DNA of 59,638 bases from Candidatus Krumholzibacteriia bacterium. Its GTDB lineage: Bacteria > Krumholzibacteriota > Krumholzibacteriia > LZORAL124-64-63. Location: positions 1 to 59,638 of the forward strand of contig JAWOID010000098.1 of NCBI GenBank assembly GCA_046484865.1, given 5' to 3'. The notes below the pieces were generated by a model, which saw nothing but the letters and a program-made list of their open reading frames with translations, was not told the origin of the DNA and searched no databases. Below, piece after piece: positions 57,556 to 59,638 of the stretch (position 1 is the first letter of the stretch; each line of letters begins with the position of its first letter). The translations under genes were made by a program, and so were the position numbers.

Positions 57556-58623
57556 TCAGTAAGCGCGCTCGTACTGGGGCGGGACGGGTGCTTCCCGTCC
57601 CAGTGCGCGGGCGGCGTGCAGGGGCCAGTAGGGATGCCGGAGCAGCTCGCGCGCCAGCAGCACGACGTCCGCCTGCCCCGTGCGGACGATCTGGTCGGCC
57701 TGGGCGGGAGCCGTGATCAGGCCCACCGCGCCGGTCATGATCCGCGCCTCCGTCCGAATGCGGGCGGCGGCGGGAACCTGGAAGCCGGGTCCGGCGGGAA
57801 CGGCGGCGTCCGGGATCAGCCCGCCCGAGGAGCAGTCGATCAGGTCGACGCCCAGCGACGCCAGTTCGCGCGCCAGTTCCACCGACCGGCCCAGGTCCCA
57901 GCCGCCCTCCGCCCAGTCGGTGGTCGAGATGCGCACGAGCAGCGGCAGGCGTTCGGGCCAGATCTCGCGCACCGCCGCCACCACCTCGCGCAGCAGTCGC
58001 GTGCGGCCGGCGTCGGAGCAACCGTAAGCGTCGGAGCGCCGGTTGGACAGGGGCGAGAGAAAAGAGTGCAGCAGGTAGCCGTGGGCGGCGTGGATCTCCA
58101 GCAGCTCGGCACCCGCCTCGTGCATGCGCCCGGCGGCGGACGCGAAGGCGTCGATCACCCGCCGGATGCCGGCGTCGTCGAGAGCGTTCGGCACGGGGTT
58201 GTCGGGGGTGAAAGGAAGGGCGCTGGGGGCCTGGAGGTCGGTCCAGCCGCCGGCTTCCGCGCCGGCCGGGCCGCACCCCTTCCACGGCGCCATCGTCGAA
58301 GCCTTGCGCCCGGCATGGGCGAGCTGGATGCCCGGCGCCGCTCCCTGCTCCCGGATGAACCGGAAGGTGCGCGCCAGCGGCTCCAGCTGGGCGTCGCTCC
58401 ACACGCCGAGATCGTCGGGGCTGATCCGCCCCTCCGGCAGGACCGCCGCCGCCTCCGCGATCACCCCGCCGGCACCCCCCACCGCCCGGCTGCCGAGGTG
58501 CACGAGGTGCCAGTCGGTGGCCAGTCCATCGCGGCAGGAGTACTGGCACATCGGCGAGACGAGGATGCGGTTGCGCAGCCGGACGTCGCGCAGGACGAGG
58601 GGGGCGAAGAGGTGGTCGGTCAA
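57556..58623 (-). CDS. NADH:flavin oxidoreductase, old yellow enzyme of the YqjM/NamA subfamily
   Basis: SPMCQYS, QLAHAGRKAS, HAAHGYLLHSFLSPLSN and QYERA. TTG start after an AAGGA SD. Confidence 0.93.
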   Translation of the reverse strand: MTDHLFAPLVLRDVRLRNRILVSPMCQYSCRDGLATDWHLVHLGSRAVGGAGGVIAEAAAVLPEGRISPDDLGVWSDAQLEPLARTFRFIREQGAAPGIQLAHAGRKASTMAPWKGCGPAGAEAGGWTDLQAPSALPFTPDNPVPNALDDAGIRRVIDAFASAAGRMHEAGAELLEIHAAHGYLLHSFLSPLSNRRSDAYGCSDAGRTRLLREVVAAVREIWPERLPLLVRISTTDWAEGGWDLGRSVELARELASLGVDLIDCSSGGLIPDAAVPAGPGFQVPAAARIRTEARIMTGAVGLITAPAQADQIVRTGQADVVLLARELLRHPYWPLHAARALGREAPVPPQYERAY

Positions 58624-58687
58624 GGACGGTCCTTCCGTGGCCGGAGTCGAGGGGGCGATACCCGCCGGCGTCGTGGGTGCACCCCCG

Positions 58688-58866
58688 CGAGCCTGCGAGT
58701 GCGTGCTGACCGACGTGAGCTGGCCCGTGCGTGCGAATCGCGTCGAGCCTGCGGGTGCGTGCTGGCCGGCGTGAGCCGACCCGCGCGTGCGAAATCGCGT
58801 CGAACCGGCGAGTGCGTGCTGGCCGGCGTGAGCCGACCCGCGCGTTCAGACCCGCGTCGAGCCGGC
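58688..58866. repeat. Three tandem 56-57-bp degenerate repeats plus a partial copy
   Basis: Units start at 58688, 58744 and 58801 and share the core GTGCGTGCTGGCCGGCGTGAGCCGACCCGCGCGT. Confidence 0.85.
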
Positions 58867-59181
58867 CCGCTTCGTGCGTGTCCACTTCGAGCCAACCTGC
58901 GCCATGCCTGCATGCCGGCGTCGTGCCTACATAGTAGCTGCCGTTCCCGCAGGAATGCCAGCACGGTTGCCGAGTGCCCGCGGCGAGATCCATCAGGACG
59001 CGGATCCCCGAGAGCCGTCAGATCCGATTCGCATCGGGGCAGGCCGCCGTCCCGACGCAGCCCGGGTGAACGAGCCCTCATGGTCGCCATGCGCTCGACG
59101 TCCGACGGTCGGGAGCGCAGCGGAAGGAGCCCGATCCACGCGCGGCCGAGCATCACCTGGGTGAGGCGAGCCGGACCACGA

Positions 59182-59468
59182 GTACCCGGGTACCCGGGTA
59201 CCCGGGGCGGCCGGGCACCCGGGGTGTTCGGATGTTCGGGGTTGGCCGGCATTCCAGCGGCGGCCGGGTGGATGGGGACTTGCAGTGCGGGCCCCAGTGT
59301 ACCCGGGTACCCGAGGACTTGAGCGTTCGGGTGCCGCTGGATTCATTCCTGGGGCGGCCGGGCGGACGGGCCCTCGCGGCTTGATCCCCCAGGTACCCGG
59401 GTACCCGGGGCGGCCGGGCGGATTCGGTCTTGCGGGATCGGGTCCTGGGTACCCGGGTACCCGGGTAC
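59182..59468. repeat. Four clusters of the self-complementary 8-mer GTACCCGG
   Basis: Clusters at 59182-59205, 59299-59314, 59393-59408 and 59449-59468. Confidence 0.85.
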
Positions 59469-59484
59469 TCGACCCGCCGTCCTT

Positions 59485-59630
59485 CTGCCGGCCCGCCAGC
59501 CCGCTCCGCCGGCCCGCCGCTCCGCCGGCCCGCCGCTCCGCCGCTCCGCCGGCCCGCTCCGCCGGCCCGCCGCCCCGCCGCTCCGCCGGCCCGCCAGCCC
59601 GCTCCGCCGCCCCGCCCGACTCCCGCCGAC
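59485..59630. repeat. C-rich low-complexity repeat (CCGCCGGC/CCGCT units) at the window end
   Basis: Reiterated ccgccggcccgc and ccgctccg units with strong strand C skew. Confidence 0.75.
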
Positions 59631-59638
59631 GAGAACAT

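Noticed and set aside
58688..58866. Possible degenerate CRISPR array
   Set aside because: There are only three units, and the segments between the conserved cores resemble each other, so this is a tandem duplication.
56408..58993. 861-aa Rho with a long N-terminal extension, as shown in the ORF track
   Set aside because: The extension is an alternate frame over the old yellow enzyme gene. A GGAG SD precedes the ATG at 57505.
59060..59180. Minus-strand peptide QVMLGRAWIG...VERM resembling the C-terminus of a XerC/D tyrosine recombinase
   Set aside because: The catalytic His and Tyr are absent, the spacing is off and no upstream recombinase sequence is visible, so the resemblance may be chance.

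Overview
A mostly very high-GC bacterial chromosomal segment, probably from a metagenome-assembled FCB-superphylum lineage such as Latescibacterota/Krumholzibacteriota. That placement is an inference from PorX, a Bacteroidota-type LptD C-terminus and an archaeal-type ProRS. Core genes include pyrE, pyrF, serS, a sensor kinase with porX, tsaE-tsaB-rimI, accD, folC, a ROK kinase, a large OstA-LptD protein, HU, typA, an M3 peptidase, a transketolase, mgtE, xth, proS, a short Rho and an old yellow enzyme. There is also a sigma54-controlled CusCBA-type metal efflux operon and an ArsR-ArsM fusion. Five signals stand out. (1) The ORF track splits one gene at an in-frame TGA (CG-U). Read through, it is a secreted selenoprotein with a SECIS-like hairpin, joining a degenerate UshA-like metallophosphoesterase to a tetraheme cytochrome c (17260-18642). 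(2) A ~460-bp internally deleted insertion element with 24-bp terminal inverted repeats and a 10-bp target duplication sits exactly at the arsR-arsM start codon and separates the gene from its promoter/operator. (3) A 59-aa Cys-rich small protein is absent from the ORF track. (4) Bases 1-317 are a 36%-GC foreign fragment, probably an assembly chimera. (5) Several intergenic tandem repeats occur. No rRNA, tRNA or CRISPR array was recognised. All family assignments come from motif recognition, not database searches.
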